Below, in pieces: positions 1-9,676 of a DNA stretch of 64,000 bases (position 1 is the first letter of the stretch; each line of letters begins with the position of its first letter). The translations under genes and the position numbers were made by a program. The notes under the pieces are model-generated. The model saw nothing but the letters and a program-made list of their open reading frames with translations, had not been told where the DNA came from and ran no database searches. The DNA lies in assembly GCA_009839325.1 (NCBI GenBank), contig VXPW01000022.1, positions 28,038 through 92,037 of the forward strand, written 5' to 3'. This stretch comes from Rhodospirillales bacterium (GTDB taxonomy: Bacteria > Pseudomonadota > Alphaproteobacteria > TMED109).

Positions 1-795
1 GTTTGTCGCCTGATCCATCTCCAGTCCTTGGTAGCTGAGAAGCGGATTGCTGATGGCCGCGTTAGTTGCCTCTTCGATCCTGTCCTCGCCGGTAGCCTCG
101 CCGGTACCCATGAGGGCCGCGCCGGCGTCTTTCATGGCCGAGCGGACGTCCGCGAAGTCCAGGTTGATCAGGCCAGGACACATGAGAAGGTCGGTAATTC
201 CCCTGACCCCGTCGTAGAGGACGTTGTCAACCAGTCTGAACGAGTCCAAGAGACTCATCCCGTCGGTCTGCACGTCGAACAATTTCTGGTTCGCAATCAC
301 CACAAATGTATCGATGGCATTGCGCAGGTCCTGCAAGCCCGCCTGGGCTACTTCCGTCCGGTTGACCGCCTCAAACGTGAACGGCGTCGTCACGACGGCT
401 ACGGTCAGGATGCCCCGCTCATGGGCGGCCCGGGCGATCACGGGGACAGCCCCGGTGCCGGTGCCACCGCCAAAGCCGGCCACGATGAACAGCATGTGCG
501 TATCGCCGATCGCGTCCATCACCTCGTCCAGGGACTCTTCAGCCGCTTCACGGCCGATGACCGGATTGGATCCGGCCCCGAGACCCTGCGTGCTGTCCAA
601 GCCAAGGCGGACTCGAACCGGACAAGTGGAACGCCGGAGGGCCTGAAGATCGGTGTTACACGCCACGAACGACACACCTTCAAGCTTGCTTTCGATCATG
701 TGATCGACGGCGTTGCATCCGCCGCCGCCTACACCGACGACCGTGATCCTCGGCTTAAAGTCAAGGTCCTCGGGGACACTGAGACTGATTGGCAT
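1..795 (-). CDS. ftsZ: Cell division GTPase FtsZ (N-terminal 265 codons; 3' end runs off the window)
   Basis: Absent from the ORF track because there is no stop codon in the window. My minus-strand translation from ATG (795-793) reads MPISLSVPEDLDFKPRITVVGVGGGGCNAVDHMIESKLEGVSF... The tubulin signature AGFGGGTGTGAVP is encoded around 441-480. It lies directly downstream of ftsA, as expected in a dcw cluster. Confidence 0.9.
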   Translation of the reverse strand, partial: MPISLSVPEDLDFKPRITVVGVGGGGCNAVDHMIESKLEGVSFVACNTDLQALRRSTCPVRVRLGLDSTQGLGAGSNPVIGREAAEESLDEVMDAIGDTHMLFIVAGFGGGTGTGAVPVIARAAHERGILTVAVVTTPFTFEAVNRTEVAQAGLQDLRNAIDTFVVIANQKLFDVQTDGMSLLDSFRLVDNVLYDGVRGITDLLMCPGLINLDFADVRSAMKDAGAALMGTGEATGEDRIEEATNAAISNPLLSYQGLEMDQATN

Positions 796-836
796 GGTGA
801 TCTCCGTATGCACTCGGACACTACGTCCGCGCTTGG

Positions 837-2054
837 TTAGAAATTCTCTTGGAGCCAGCGGAACGCGGCGCGAAGGCCGCCGGCCCTGGGTGGTAACGCT
901 CGGGAAAGAAACTCGCGGGGGGGATCCTCGGCGTATCGAAGGAGACCCACGAGCACAGCGAATTCAGGCTTGCGAAGCGCATCCGGCAGACCCGGTACGC
1001 CCTCGGGCCGACCGAGGCGCACCCGCCGCCCGAGCACCTTGCTGGCGGCGTCAGCGAGCCCGCGGACCTGGCTGCCGCCGCCGGTCAGCACGACGACGCC
1101 GCCCATTTCTTGCGGGAAGCCGCTGCCAGCAAGCACGTCTGCGAGCTCCTCGAACATAGCCTTGGCTCGGGACGCGACGATCTGATTCACGGCCTCCGCA
1201 GGGATTTCTACCCGCTCGTCCTCGGTATCCGCTTCATGCGGCTGGACCGACACGGGTCCAAGCCCGTCTCCCAGAACCGTCGACGCGTGAAACTTCTTGA
1301 TCCGCGTCGCTTCCTGAAGGGACACACCAAGTCCGCGCGCGAGGTCACGGGTGAAGTAGTCCCCCCCGCCGGCGCAAGCCCACGTGTAGACCATTGCGTT
1401 GTCATGGAAGATCCCGAGTGACGTGCGGCTGGCGCCAATGTCGACCACCACGGAGCCAATGCGGCGTTCCTCCTCCGTCATGACCGCCAGACCGGCAGCC
1501 AGCGCAGGAAACACCAAAGCCTTGACCTCGATCTGGGCGTCGGCCAGACAGGTCTCCAAGTTCCAGCCGACCGATCGTTCGGCGTGCACGAGATGCACGT
1601 TTATCCGTAGGAGGCTGCCGACCATATCGACAGGGTCGGCCACCCGGCTGCCGTCAAGTTCGTAGCTGACCGGCAGCGCGTGGACGAGCTTGTTGGCACC
1701 AGAATCGTCGTCATTGGGATCATCCAGCCGCATCTCGCTGAAACTCTGCTCGGAGATCCGCCCCCCGTTGACCTGAAACGGTGGTAGTTCCCGGTGCGCA
1801 GAGGTCGGCCGGGCGCAGGGCAAGGTCGCGATGACCTGGGTGATCCGACCGTCGGCCATTTCCTCGGCCCGGCGAACCGCCTGACGAATCGCCGTGGGCA
1901 ACGCGTACATGTCGGTCACCACCCCGTTGTCGAAACCTTCGGAGCGGGTATGTCCGCTGCCGATCACGGTCAGCGTTCGTCCGGGCTCCCGCGCGGCAAT
2001 CAAGCAGCAGATTTTCTCTGCCCCGACATCAAGCACCGAATAGACGTCCGTCAC
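837..2054 (-). CDS. ftsA: Cell division protein FtsA (actin-like ATPase)
   Basis: ORF 837..2162(-). Actin-fold phosphate motifs are present (VLDVGAEKICCLIA, VVDIGASRTSLGIF, VVLTGGGSQVRGL). The ORF-track start overlaps ftsQ by 105 nt. GTG at 2054 (VTDVYSVLDVGAEK), 2 nt after the ftsQ stop, is the more likely start. Confidence 0.85.
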   Translation of the reverse strand: MTDVYSVLDVGAEKICCLIAAREPGRTLTVIGSGHTRSEGFDNGVVTDMYALPTAIRQAVRRAEEMADGRITQVIATLPCARPTSAHRELPPFQVNGGRISEQSFSEMRLDDPNDDDSGANKLVHALPVSYELDGSRVADPVDMVGSLLRINVHLVHAERSVGWNLETCLADAQIEVKALVFPALAAGLAVMTEEERRIGSVVVDIGASRTSLGIFHDNAMVYTWACAGGGDYFTRDLARGLGVSLQEATRIKKFHASTVLGDGLGPVSVQPHEADTEDERVEIPAEAVNQIVASRAKAMFEELADVLAGSGFPQEMGGVVVLTGGGSQVRGLADAASKVLGRRVRLGRPEGVPGLPDALRKPEFAVLVGLLRYAEDPPREFLSRALPPRAGGLRAAFRWLQENF

Positions 2055-2056
2055 GA

Positions 2057-2821
2057 TCAGACCCCGTCCGGCAACGACGGTGGCGGGGCGTCCGCCCGCA
2101 TCCGCACCACGATGCGCTCGGGTATCCGCAGATCGACCGCTCCGACGCTGGGGCTCAGCCACTCGATTCCGCCGACAGACCCCGTCAGCTTGGCCAGCGC
2201 GGTCGACGGAGCCGTTTCCGGCAGATGAACGATCAACCCGCTATCTGTTTGCAGGGTCCAGCGGCGCCGTGACACCCAGATGGCCGCATCCACCCGAGAA
2301 GCGAACTGGGGTTGGGTGGCAAACAGGTCCGCAAGATCGCCAAGCATCGTGTTGGCACCTTCCCCGACCACCAGAGGCAACTCCGGGAAGTCGCGGAACG
2401 TGACAGTGTCGATGACGTGGCCCGATGCTTCGATCGCGTACAGCGTCCCACCGGTCTGCCAAAGCGCGACCGGCGTACGCTCCTGCAACGACACCTGCAG
2501 TCTTCCGGGGAGCTGAACGCGCGCCTGGGCGTCCGCTACCCAGTCGAGTTCCCGTACCTTGTCGACAATCGCATCGACGTCGACGAACAAACTGGGCTCC
2601 CCCACCGGAGCCGCCAGTACACGGATGAGCGCGTTTCTTTCAGTCCGACTGCGGCCCTCGACCCACACCTCCGCGATCGTCAGCCCGGCATTTGTACTGG
2701 CATTCTTGGCAGCAGATGCCAGCCGCGTGAACGCGTCGGTCCAGACCAGCAGGGCTGCCATACCGGCGACCACGGCCGGCACCACCAGCACCCAACGCCA
2801 ACGCCACCTCATCGCGGACAT
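2057..2821 (-). CDS. ftsQ: Cell division protein FtsQ
   Basis: ORF 2057..2848(-). It has one N-terminal TM helix (WVLVVPAVVAGMAALLVW) followed by a POTRA/FtsQ-type periplasmic region, and sits between ddl and ftsA. The start is ambiguous (Met codons at 2848, 2821, 2812). Confidence 0.8.
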   Translation of the reverse strand: MSAMRWRWRWVLVVPAVVAGMAALLVWTDAFTRLASAAKNASTNAGLTIAEVWVEGRSRTERNALIRVLAAPVGEPSLFVDVDAIVDKVRELDWVADAQARVQLPGRLQVSLQERTPVALWQTGGTLYAIEASGHVIDTVTFRDFPELPLVVGEGANTMLGDLADLFATQPQFASRVDAAIWVSRRRWTLQTDSGLIVHLPETAPSTALAKLTGSVGGIEWLSPSVGAVDLRIPERIVVRMRADAPPPSLPDGV

Positions 2822-3726
2822 GAGGCGTCCTCCACCATCCACAGGCAAAGCTCCTCGAAGCTCACGCCGGCTTGTCGGGCGAGCTTGGGAACCAGCGACG
2901 TCCGGGTCAGTCCTGGCTGGGTGTTGACCTCCAGCAGGACCAGGCGGTGCCTTCCCGACGTGTCGTCGAGACGGAAGTCCGACCGCGTGACCCCGCGACA
3001 GCCCAGCAGTTCATGGGCGCGCAGCGCGGCATGCAGTACCGCTTCCCGCACGTCGTCAGGCAGGTCGTCCGGCTCGAGGTACTCGGTGCGGTCGGAGTTG
3101 TACTTGCTGTCGTAACTGTAGAACGCTTCCTGAGCACGGATTTCAAGCAATGACAGCGGTCTTCCGTCGAGAACTGCCGCCGTAATCTCGCGACCCGGCA
3201 CGTATTCCTCCACCAGGACCGGGTCGCGCTCGCCGCCCGCCGACGGTGCCGGTAGGGCATCTCCATCCCGCAGGATCGTGACCCCGATGCTGGATCCGCC
3301 TGCCAGAGGCTTGATCACATACGGCCTTGGCATCGGGTCGCTCGCTGCCAGTTCGTCTCGACAGACGACGAGGCCGTTTGCCACGGTCAGTCCGTGGGTG
3401 GCGAAGATGTCACGCGACGCCGGCTTGTCCATCGCCAAGGCCGAGGCCCGTACCCCGGAATGCGTGTAGGGCACCCCCATCACCTCCAGGAGCCCCTGGA
3501 CGGAGCCGTTCTCGCCGGTACCACCGTGGAGGGCGTTGAATACAATCGTCCCTGACGGCTCGACCGCCCGCGCCAGCGCCTGAACACCGAAGCGCGGATC
3601 GAAGGCGTCGACCTGCAGGCCGCTCGCATCTAGCGCGTCAACGACGGCCGCACCGCTGCGGAGCGAGATCTCCCGCTCGTCCGAAGTGCCGCCATGGAGC
3701 ACCACCACCCGCTTGCTGGCCATCAT
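2809..3726 (-). CDS. ddl: D-alanine--D-alanine ligase
   Basis: ORF 2809..3771(-). ATP-grasp Ddl motifs are present (VVVLHGGTSDEREISLRSG, LLEVNTQPGLT). The likely start is ATG at 3726, which forms an ATGA overlap with the murB stop (3723-3725). Confidence 0.9.
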   Translation of the reverse strand: MMASKRVVVLHGGTSDEREISLRSGAAVVDALDASGLQVDAFDPRFGVQALARAVEPSGTIVFNALHGGTGENGSVQGLLEVMGVPYTHSGVRASALAMDKPASRDIFATHGLTVANGLVVCRDELAASDPMPRPYVIKPLAGGSSIGVTILRDGDALPAPSAGGERDPVLVEEYVPGREITAAVLDGRPLSLLEIRAQEAFYSYDSKYNSDRTEYLEPDDLPDDVREAVLHAALRAHELLGCRGVTRSDFRLDDTSGRHRLVLLEVNTQPGLTRTSLVPKLARQAGVSFEELCLWMVEDASCPR

Positions 3727-4640
3727 CCGACCGAGCCTCCAAGCGGTCGCCCGAGCCGGTGAATCTCCCACTCGAGCAGAATCCCGGTTTGCGCCTGCAC
3801 CCGGCGACGAACATCCTCTGCCAAGGCTTCCAGATCGGCAGCGCAGGCGGTTCCGTCATTCACGAGAAAGTTTGCGTGCTTTTCGGAAACGCTTGCGCCG
3901 TTCCGACGAAGGCCCCGGCACCCGGCCCGCTCGATCAGCTTCCAGGCTTTCTGGTTCGGAGGGTTTCGGAACGTGCTGCCGCCGGTGGCAACGCGGATCG
4001 GTTGCGTACGTTCGCGCTGATCGCGGAACTGCTGCATGCAAGTCGCGATCACGGCGGGATCACCATCGGCTCCGGCGAAGCGCCCTGATACGAAGATCCA
4101 GTCGGCAGGCACGGCGGAGCGGCGATACTGGAGACCCAAGTCAGCGACCGTCAGGTCGTGCACACGACCGGCCCGGTCGACGGCGCGGGCGGCAATCGCG
4201 ACGTGACGCGTCTCTTTCCCGTGGCATCCGGCGTTCATCCGCAACGCGCCTCCGATGCTTCCCGGAATGCCTTCAAGGAAGCCGAAGCCGGCAACGCCCG
4301 CTGCCTGAGCCGCGCGCGCGACGTCCGCACTGGCGGTGGCTGCGCCCGCTTCTACGATCTCCCCCTCCACGCGGGCGGTGGCAAAGGCTCGGCCCAGTCG
4401 AATGACCACTCCCGGGACGCCGCCGTCACGGATCAGGACGTTGGAGGCGCGTCCCACGACGGTCACCGGGATGTCCGGGTCGAGCGCGGCCAGGAATTCG
4501 GTCAGGTCCTCGAGGTCCGCCGGACTGAACAGAGCCTCCGCGGCTCCGCCTACGCGAAACCAGCTGGTCTTCGCCAACAGGGCGCCAGCCCGCAGGCGAC
4601 CACGTACGGCCGGGAGGCGCTGCGCCAGCGACGCGGTCAC
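3723..4640 (-). CDS. murB: UDP-N-acetylenolpyruvoylglucosamine reductase
   Basis: ORF 3723..4640(-). The FAD-binding MurB pattern is present (TSWFRVGGAAEALF, GRASNVLIRDGG, GGSTFRNP). There is a GTGA overlap with the murC stop. Confidence 0.9.
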   Translation of the reverse strand: MTASLAQRLPAVRGRLRAGALLAKTSWFRVGGAAEALFSPADLEDLTEFLAALDPDIPVTVVGRASNVLIRDGGVPGVVIRLGRAFATARVEGEIVEAGAATASADVARAAQAAGVAGFGFLEGIPGSIGGALRMNAGCHGKETRHVAIAARAVDRAGRVHDLTVADLGLQYRRSAVPADWIFVSGRFAGADGDPAVIATCMQQFRDQRERTQPIRVATGGSTFRNPPNQKAWKLIERAGCRGLRRNGASVSEKHANFLVNDGTACAADLEALAEDVRRRVQAQTGILLEWEIHRLGRPLGGSVG

Positions 4641-6079
4641 GATGCTGGCCTACCGGGACCGGCGAGCACGTCGTCGAGCGCGCCCGGCAGCCCGGCTGCC
4701 CAGTTGGTGATGTCGCCCGCGCCCAGACAAAGCACCGTGTCGCCGGCCGACACCAAGGGGGCCAGCACCGCCGGAAGAGCTGACGGCGCGGGTAGGGCGT
4801 GCACGCAGGGGTGACCGTACGCCCGGATGCCGCGGACCAACGCGTCCCGGTCGATATTCTTGATAGGAAGCTCGCCAGCCGGATACACGTCGGCAACGAT
4901 CACTGCACTGGCGTCGTCAAAGGCCTGGCAAAAGTCGTCAAACAGTGCTTGCAGCCGCGAGTACCGGTGCGGCTGAACGACCGCTACCACATTCCCCTGC
5001 GTGATGGCCCGGGCCGCGGACAAAACTGCACGGATTTCCACGGGGTGATGCCCGTAGTCGTCGATGACAACGACACCGCGCGCTTCGCCCACCTGCGTAT
5101 ACCGCCGACGCACTCCGCCGAAATTGCGGATGCCGTTGCGGATGCTGTCGGGAGCGACACCAATCGTGCGCCCCACTGCGACCGCCCCCAAAGCGTTCTG
5201 AACGCTGTGCCGGCCCGGCATGGAGAGCGACATTCCCTCGATGCGGCCGGGGCCATTGCCGCAGTTCCCGAATGCTTCCGATCGCAGCAGCACGTCAAAC
5301 TGCATACCGCCGATGTCGGCGCGGACGTTGGTAGCGCGGACATCCGCATGCTCGGAAAAACCGTACGTCACGATCCGGCGATCGGTGACTGCCGCAGCGA
5401 GTCGGCGGACTTCCGGATGATCCACGCAAAGCACGGCCACGCCATAGAACGGCACCTGCTTGACGAAGTCTCGGAAAGCGTCTCGCAGCGCATCAAACGT
5501 GCCGTAATGGTCGAGATGTTCCGGGTCGATGTTGGTCACCACGGCAACGGTCGCCGGCAAGCGGGCAATCGAGCCGTCCGACTCGTCGGCCTCCACGACC
5601 GTCCACGCACCCGTACCCAACCGGGCGTTCGTTCCGTGGGCGTTGACGACTCCCCCGTTGACAAATGTCGGGTCCAGACCGGCCTCATGGAGCACCGCCG
5701 CCACGAGGGAGGTGGTTGTCGTCTTGCCGTGCGTGCCGCCGATGGCCACGGAGGGCCGGAAGCGCATGAGTTCGGCGAGCATCTCGGCGCGACCGACAAC
5801 CGGGATGCGGGCTGACCTCGCCGCCTGCACCTCTGGGTTGTCATCCGGCAGCGCGGCCGACACCACCACGACCGACGCGTCGCCCAAATTGCGCGGGTGA
5901 TGCCCAACGTTGATCTCGACGCCAAGCTCACGCAGCCGGCTGACGTTGCTGTTTTCCGCCAGATCGCTGCCGCGCACCCGGTGGCCCAGATTGTGCATCA
6001 CCTCCGCAATGCCGCTCATGCCGATGCCGCCGATTCCGACGAAATGCACAGCGCCGAGAGGAAGCGGAAAGCCGCTCAC
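4637..6079 (-). CDS. murC: UDP-N-acetylmuramate--L-alanine ligase
   Basis: ORF 4637..6079(-). Contains VHFVGIGGIGMSGIAEVM and the Mur ligase P-loop GGTHGKTTTTS. There is a GTGA overlap with the murG stop. Confidence 0.9.
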   Translation of the reverse strand: MSGFPLPLGAVHFVGIGGIGMSGIAEVMHNLGHRVRGSDLAENSNVSRLRELGVEINVGHHPRNLGDASVVVVSAALPDDNPEVQAARSARIPVVGRAEMLAELMRFRPSVAIGGTHGKTTTTSLVAAVLHEAGLDPTFVNGGVVNAHGTNARLGTGAWTVVEADESDGSIARLPATVAVVTNIDPEHLDHYGTFDALRDAFRDFVKQVPFYGVAVLCVDHPEVRRLAAAVTDRRIVTYGFSEHADVRATNVRADIGGMQFDVLLRSEAFGNCGNGPGRIEGMSLSMPGRHSVQNALGAVAVGRTIGVAPDSIRNGIRNFGGVRRRYTQVGEARGVVVIDDYGHHPVEIRAVLSAARAITQGNVVAVVQPHRYSRLQALFDDFCQAFDDASAVIVADVYPAGELPIKNIDRDALVRGIRAYGHPCVHALPAPSALPAVLAPLVSAGDTVLCLGAGDITNWAAGLPGALDDVLAGPGRPAS

Positions 6080-7170
6080 CGGTTCGCTCCCGGCAAGGCG
6101 CCTTCAACGAGATCGGCGAGCCTTCCCGCGGCTCCGGCAGGCACCACGCAGCGCGTGCTGTCGGCTGCTCCCGCCAGGCGAGCGGGCTCGGCCAGCAGGC
6201 GTGTCACCAGGCTGGCAAGGGCGGCAGGGCCGCCAGCCTCGTCCACGATCCACGCGGCCCCGGTCGCCGCAGCGGCTCGCGCATTGGCCTCCTGGTGGCC
6301 GTCGATTGATGACGGCAGAGGGATGTAGATGGCCGGTCGGCCGGCCACCGAGTTTTCGGTCACCGTGGCCGCACCCGCGCGTCCAACGACCAGGTGTGCC
6401 TGACGCAGGGCGCCCGCCATGTCATCGATGAACGGCACCACCGTCGCCTGAATGCCGGCATCGCGGTAGGCGGCACCGACCGCGTCAACCATCTCGCGCC
6501 GCGCCTGTTGCAGGACTCGGAAACGGCCGCGGGTCGCGGCGTCGGCGGCAGCCAGCGCCGCCGGCACGACAACACCAATGGCGCGCGCACCCTGACTCCC
6601 GCCGGTCACCACGAGCCGCACCGGGCTGCCCGGAGCGGGCGGCTCGTAGTCGATTGCGCCGAGGCGTTCGAACTCGGGACGTACCGGCAAGCCGACCTGC
6701 TTCGGCTGCAGCCCGCTCGGGATCCGCGCCACGCTGCGAAACGTCGTCGCGAGGGCATGCGCCGTCGACGCTAGGAGCCGATTGGCCCTGCCCAGTACCG
6801 CGTTGGCTTCATGCAGAATCAGGGGCACCTGCCGGACCCGCGCCGCCAGGCCGGCCGGGACCGATGCGTAGCCGCCAAACCCTACGACGACGGCCGGTCG
6901 CCGGCGACGGAAGAGGCTGACGGCGCGAATGGCACCAAGCCCCAGGATCGGCATGGCGACGACCTGCGGCCAGAGCCCCCGTCCCGCGATTCCGGCGGCA
7001 GGGAGCACCGTGCACGGAACGTCTTCGGTGGACCTGATGTGATGCGCGCCGCGGCGGTCGGTCACCACATGGGGCAGCCAGCCCCGCTCCAGCAGCTCCT
7101 CGGCCAATGCGGTAGCCGGAAACAGATGACCGCCGGTACCGCCGGCAGCGAGCATGGCCACGCGACTCAT
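6076..7170 (-). CDS. murG: Undecaprenyldiphospho-muramoylpentapeptide beta-N-acetylglucosaminyltransferase
   Basis: This is the C-terminal 364 codons of ORF 6076..8349(-). It starts at MSRVAMLAAGGTGGHLFPA (ATG 7170, ATGA overlap with the ftsW stop at 7167-7169) and contains VTGGSQGA. The upstream 393 codons of the track ORF read through ftsW in another frame and look non-protein-like. Confidence 0.9.
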   Translation of the reverse strand: MSRVAMLAAGGTGGHLFPATALAEELLERGWLPHVVTDRRGAHHIRSTEDVPCTVLPAAGIAGRGLWPQVVAMPILGLGAIRAVSLFRRRRPAVVVGFGGYASVPAGLAARVRQVPLILHEANAVLGRANRLLASTAHALATTFRSVARIPSGLQPKQVGLPVRPEFERLGAIDYEPPAPGSPVRLVVTGGSQGARAIGVVVPAALAAADAATRGRFRVLQQARREMVDAVGAAYRDAGIQATVVPFIDDMAGALRQAHLVVGRAGAATVTENSVAGRPAIYIPLPSSIDGHQEANARAAAATGAAWIVDEAGGPAALASLVTRLLAEPARLAGAADSTRCVVPAGAAGRLADLVEGALPGANR

Positions 7171-8315
7171 CGGTGCCAGCCCATGGGCACAACCCGCCGC
7201 CGCGTCAGCGCCAGCATCAGCCCCATCGAAATCCCGACCGCAAGGAGCGATGAACCGCCCGTGGAGATGAAGGGCATGGTTACGCCCGTCGTTGGCGCCA
7301 AGTTCAGGGTCACCGCCACGTGGATCAACGCCTGAAGGACGAACTGCAGCAGCAGGCCACCCGCGGCCAGCATCGCGAACAGGTCCTGACTCCCGCGAAG
7401 CCGGCTGAACCCTCGGAAAGTGATTCCGGCCACCAGTGCTAGGACGGCGAAGCAGGCCGCCACACCAAACTCCTCGGCGATGACCGGAAAGATGAAATCG
7501 GTGTGCGCGTCCGGGATGCTCGCCTTGACTGTTCCTTCGCCCGGTCCCTGCCCGAGGAACCCGCCGCGTCCGTAGGCTTCCAGCCCCTTGGCAACCTGGT
7601 ACCCGGCTTCCCCTTCCGGATTCAGGAACTGGTCGATGCGCATCTCCACGTGCGGCAGAGTCGTGTAGGCGATTCGAATGAAGCTGGCCCCCACGACGGC
7701 CACCAGCAGCATCAGCCGAAGGCGCAGACCCGCGAGGAACAGCTGGCCGCACCAGGCAATTCCGAAAATGATCGTCATGCCGAAGTCCGGCTGGGCGACC
7801 AGCAGCGCCCACAGGGCAAACAGCAGCCCCAGCGGCAGGAGTAGGTAGGACGGTCGCGAGCGGACCAGCACGCCGAACGACGCATTGCGCCCGCGTGCCA
7901 GCAACCACCCGGTCACGACGGCGAAGAAGGGTTTGGCCAGTTCGGAGGCTTGCAGGGACAGGCCACCGAATTGGAGCCATCGCTTGGCCCCATTCACGGG
8001 CTCGCCGAGAATGAGCGTCAGCACCATCAGCACCATCACGACGGCCAGCCCACCGGCGGCGAAGCGAAACACCCCCAGGGGCGACAGAAACGACAGCGCC
8101 ACCATGACCGCGAGGGTCGGAACCAGCACCCGCACGTGCCAACTGAAGAAATGAAGTTCGTCGAGGCCGCGGTGGATGGCGACCAGATGGGTCGCCGTCA
8201 TCACCGCCAGCACACCGACACAAGCCAGTCCCATGAGCAAGGCAAGGTTGATGCGATCCACGCTGCCCGCCCAACGGACGAACCAGCCGCGCACTACCTC
8301 GCTCCCGGAAGTCAC
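7167..8315 (-). CDS. ftsW: SEDS-family peptidoglycan glycosyltransferase FtsW
   Basis: ORF 7167..8315(-). It is a polytopic membrane protein with SEDS-like motifs (QPDFGMTIIF, PFISTGGSSLL). There is a GTGA overlap with the murD stop. Confidence 0.9.
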   Translation of the reverse strand: MTSGSEVVRGWFVRWAGSVDRINLALLMGLACVGVLAVMTATHLVAIHRGLDELHFFSWHVRVLVPTLAVMVALSFLSPLGVFRFAAGGLAVVMVLMVLTLILGEPVNGAKRWLQFGGLSLQASELAKPFFAVVTGWLLARGRNASFGVLVRSRPSYLLLPLGLLFALWALLVAQPDFGMTIIFGIAWCGQLFLAGLRLRLMLLVAVVGASFIRIAYTTLPHVEMRIDQFLNPEGEAGYQVAKGLEAYGRGGFLGQGPGEGTVKASIPDAHTDFIFPVIAEEFGVAACFAVLALVAGITFRGFSRLRGSQDLFAMLAAGGLLLQFVLQALIHVAVTLNLAPTTGVTMPFISTGGSSLLAVGISMGLMLALTRRRVVPMGWHR

Positions 8316-9676
8316 GACTCGGACCTCGCGAGCGCCTCGACCACTTCACGGAAAGCCGCTCCGCGTGCCTCGAAATCAGCGAACTGGTCGTAGCTTGCGC
8401 ACGCCGGCGAGAGGAGCACCGGCTGCGGCGGCATCCCGCACCGAGCCTTGGCGAAGGCGGATGTCACGGCCGAGTCCAGATGCTCGAACCGAAAGACCGG
8501 GACCCGGGCGGCAAAGGCGGCTTCGAAGACCGGCCCGTCTTCGCCGAAAAAGAAGCCGGCATCGACCCGGTCAGCCAGCTGAATCAACGGGTCCAGATCT
8601 TCATCCTTCCCCCGGCCCCCAGCCACCCAGCAGACCTGCTCGAAACAGGCCAGCGCCGCTGCCGCCGCGGCGACGTTGGTCGCCTTGCTGTCATTGATGA
8701 AGGGGACGCCGGCGACCGACGCCAGCTCTTCCATTCGGTGCGGCAGGCCTCGAAAATCGGCCAAGGCTGGCACCAGGTCGTCGGGCCCCGCTCCAACCGA
8801 CCTCGCGGCGGCCCATGCGGCGACCGCGTTTTGCCAGTTGTGCCTGCCGGCGACCCGGAGCAGCGAGTCCATCGATCCGATGGCGCGATGGCCACCGTCG
8901 AGATCCTCGTGCAACACGCCATCCTCGACCCAGACACCGCCTTCGCAGCTCTGGTGCGCTGAAACTGCGACGACCCGTGGCGCACCAGGACGTTCCGTCA
9001 GCCGGTTCCGTATGCGCAGGCCGTCCGCATCGTCAATGCCGACGACGGCGATGTCGTCAGGGCGCTGCGTTAGAAAGATCTTTTCCTTGGCCGCGACGTA
9101 GGCCTGCCGGGTCCCATGCCAGTCCAGGTGGTCGGTCCCGAGGTTCAGTAGCAGCGCGACGTTCGGCCGAAATTCCCGACAGCGTGCCAACTGGAATGAA
9201 GACAGCTCGAGGACATACACTCCGTCAGCCAGGCGCGGCAGATCGAGCACAGGTGTTCCGAGGTTGCCGCCTGCGACACTGGTACGACCCGAAGCGCGCA
9301 GCAGGTGGTCGATCATGCCCACCACGCTGGATTTCCCGTTGGTGCCGGTGACCCCGATTGTCAGCGTTGGGACGTCCGGATCCCGCGCCAGTCGAGCCGA
9401 AAACTCATCGATGTCGCCGCACACCGGAATCCCCGCCGCCGCCGCCGCTTTCAGTTGCGGGTGTGTGGGCATGACGCCCGGACTGGCCACGATTCGGGCA
9501 AGGGGTGGCGCCAGTTCCCTTACCGGAAATCCCGCTTCGGCGGCGGTGGAACGGACGTCCGCGCGGTCATCCCACACCACGACTGCCTGCCCCGAGGCAA
9601 TGAGGGCGCGCGCCGTGCTGGCCCCGGTGCGGCCGAATCCCAGAATGCCGGTAGGAGCTTCCGCCATTGCCGTCAC
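8312..9676 (-). CDS. murD: UDP-N-acetylmuramoylalanine--D-glutamate ligase
   Basis: ORF 8312..10030(-), trimmed. It contains ILGFGRTGAS and the Mur ligase P-loop GVTGTNGKSS. The start is either GTG 9676 (GTGA overlap with the mraY stop) or ATG 9667. The track's longer N-terminus overlaps mraY. Confidence 0.85.
   Translation of the reverse strand: MTAMAEAPTGILGFGRTGASTARALIASGQAVVVWDDRADVRSTAAEAGFPVRELAPPLARIVASPGVMPTHPQLKAAAAAGIPVCGDIDEFSARLARDPDVPTLTIGVTGTNGKSSVVGMIDHLLRASGRTSVAGGNLGTPVLDLPRLADGVYVLELSSFQLARCREFRPNVALLLNLGTDHLDWHGTRQAYVAAKEKIFLTQRPDDIAVVGIDDADGLRIRNRLTERPGAPRVVAVSAHQSCEGGVWVEDGVLHEDLDGGHRAIGSMDSLLRVAGRHNWQNAVAAWAAARSVGAGPDDLVPALADFRGLPHRMEELASVAGVPFINDSKATNVAAAAAALACFEQVCWVAGGRGKDEDLDPLIQLADRVDAGFFFGEDGPVFEAAFAARVPVFRFEHLDSAVTSAFAKARCGMPPQPVLLSPACASYDQFADFEARGAAFREVVEALARSES

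Noticed and set aside
28-840. 270-aa plus-strand ORF at the left edge
   Set aside because: It is antisense to a clear ftsZ reading frame (GGGTGTG tubulin signature on the minus strand). Its translation is Arg/His/Gly-rich with no recognisable motif. This is a typical shadow ORF of a GC-rich genome.
7171-8349. N-terminal 393 codons of the 757-aa track ORF 6076..8349(-)
   Set aside because: This is a read-through of the murG frame across ftsW. The sequence is Arg/Gly/Pro-rich and non-protein-like. ftsW in the other frame has clear SEDS features, and murG begins at ATG 7170 with the canonical GGTGGH motif.
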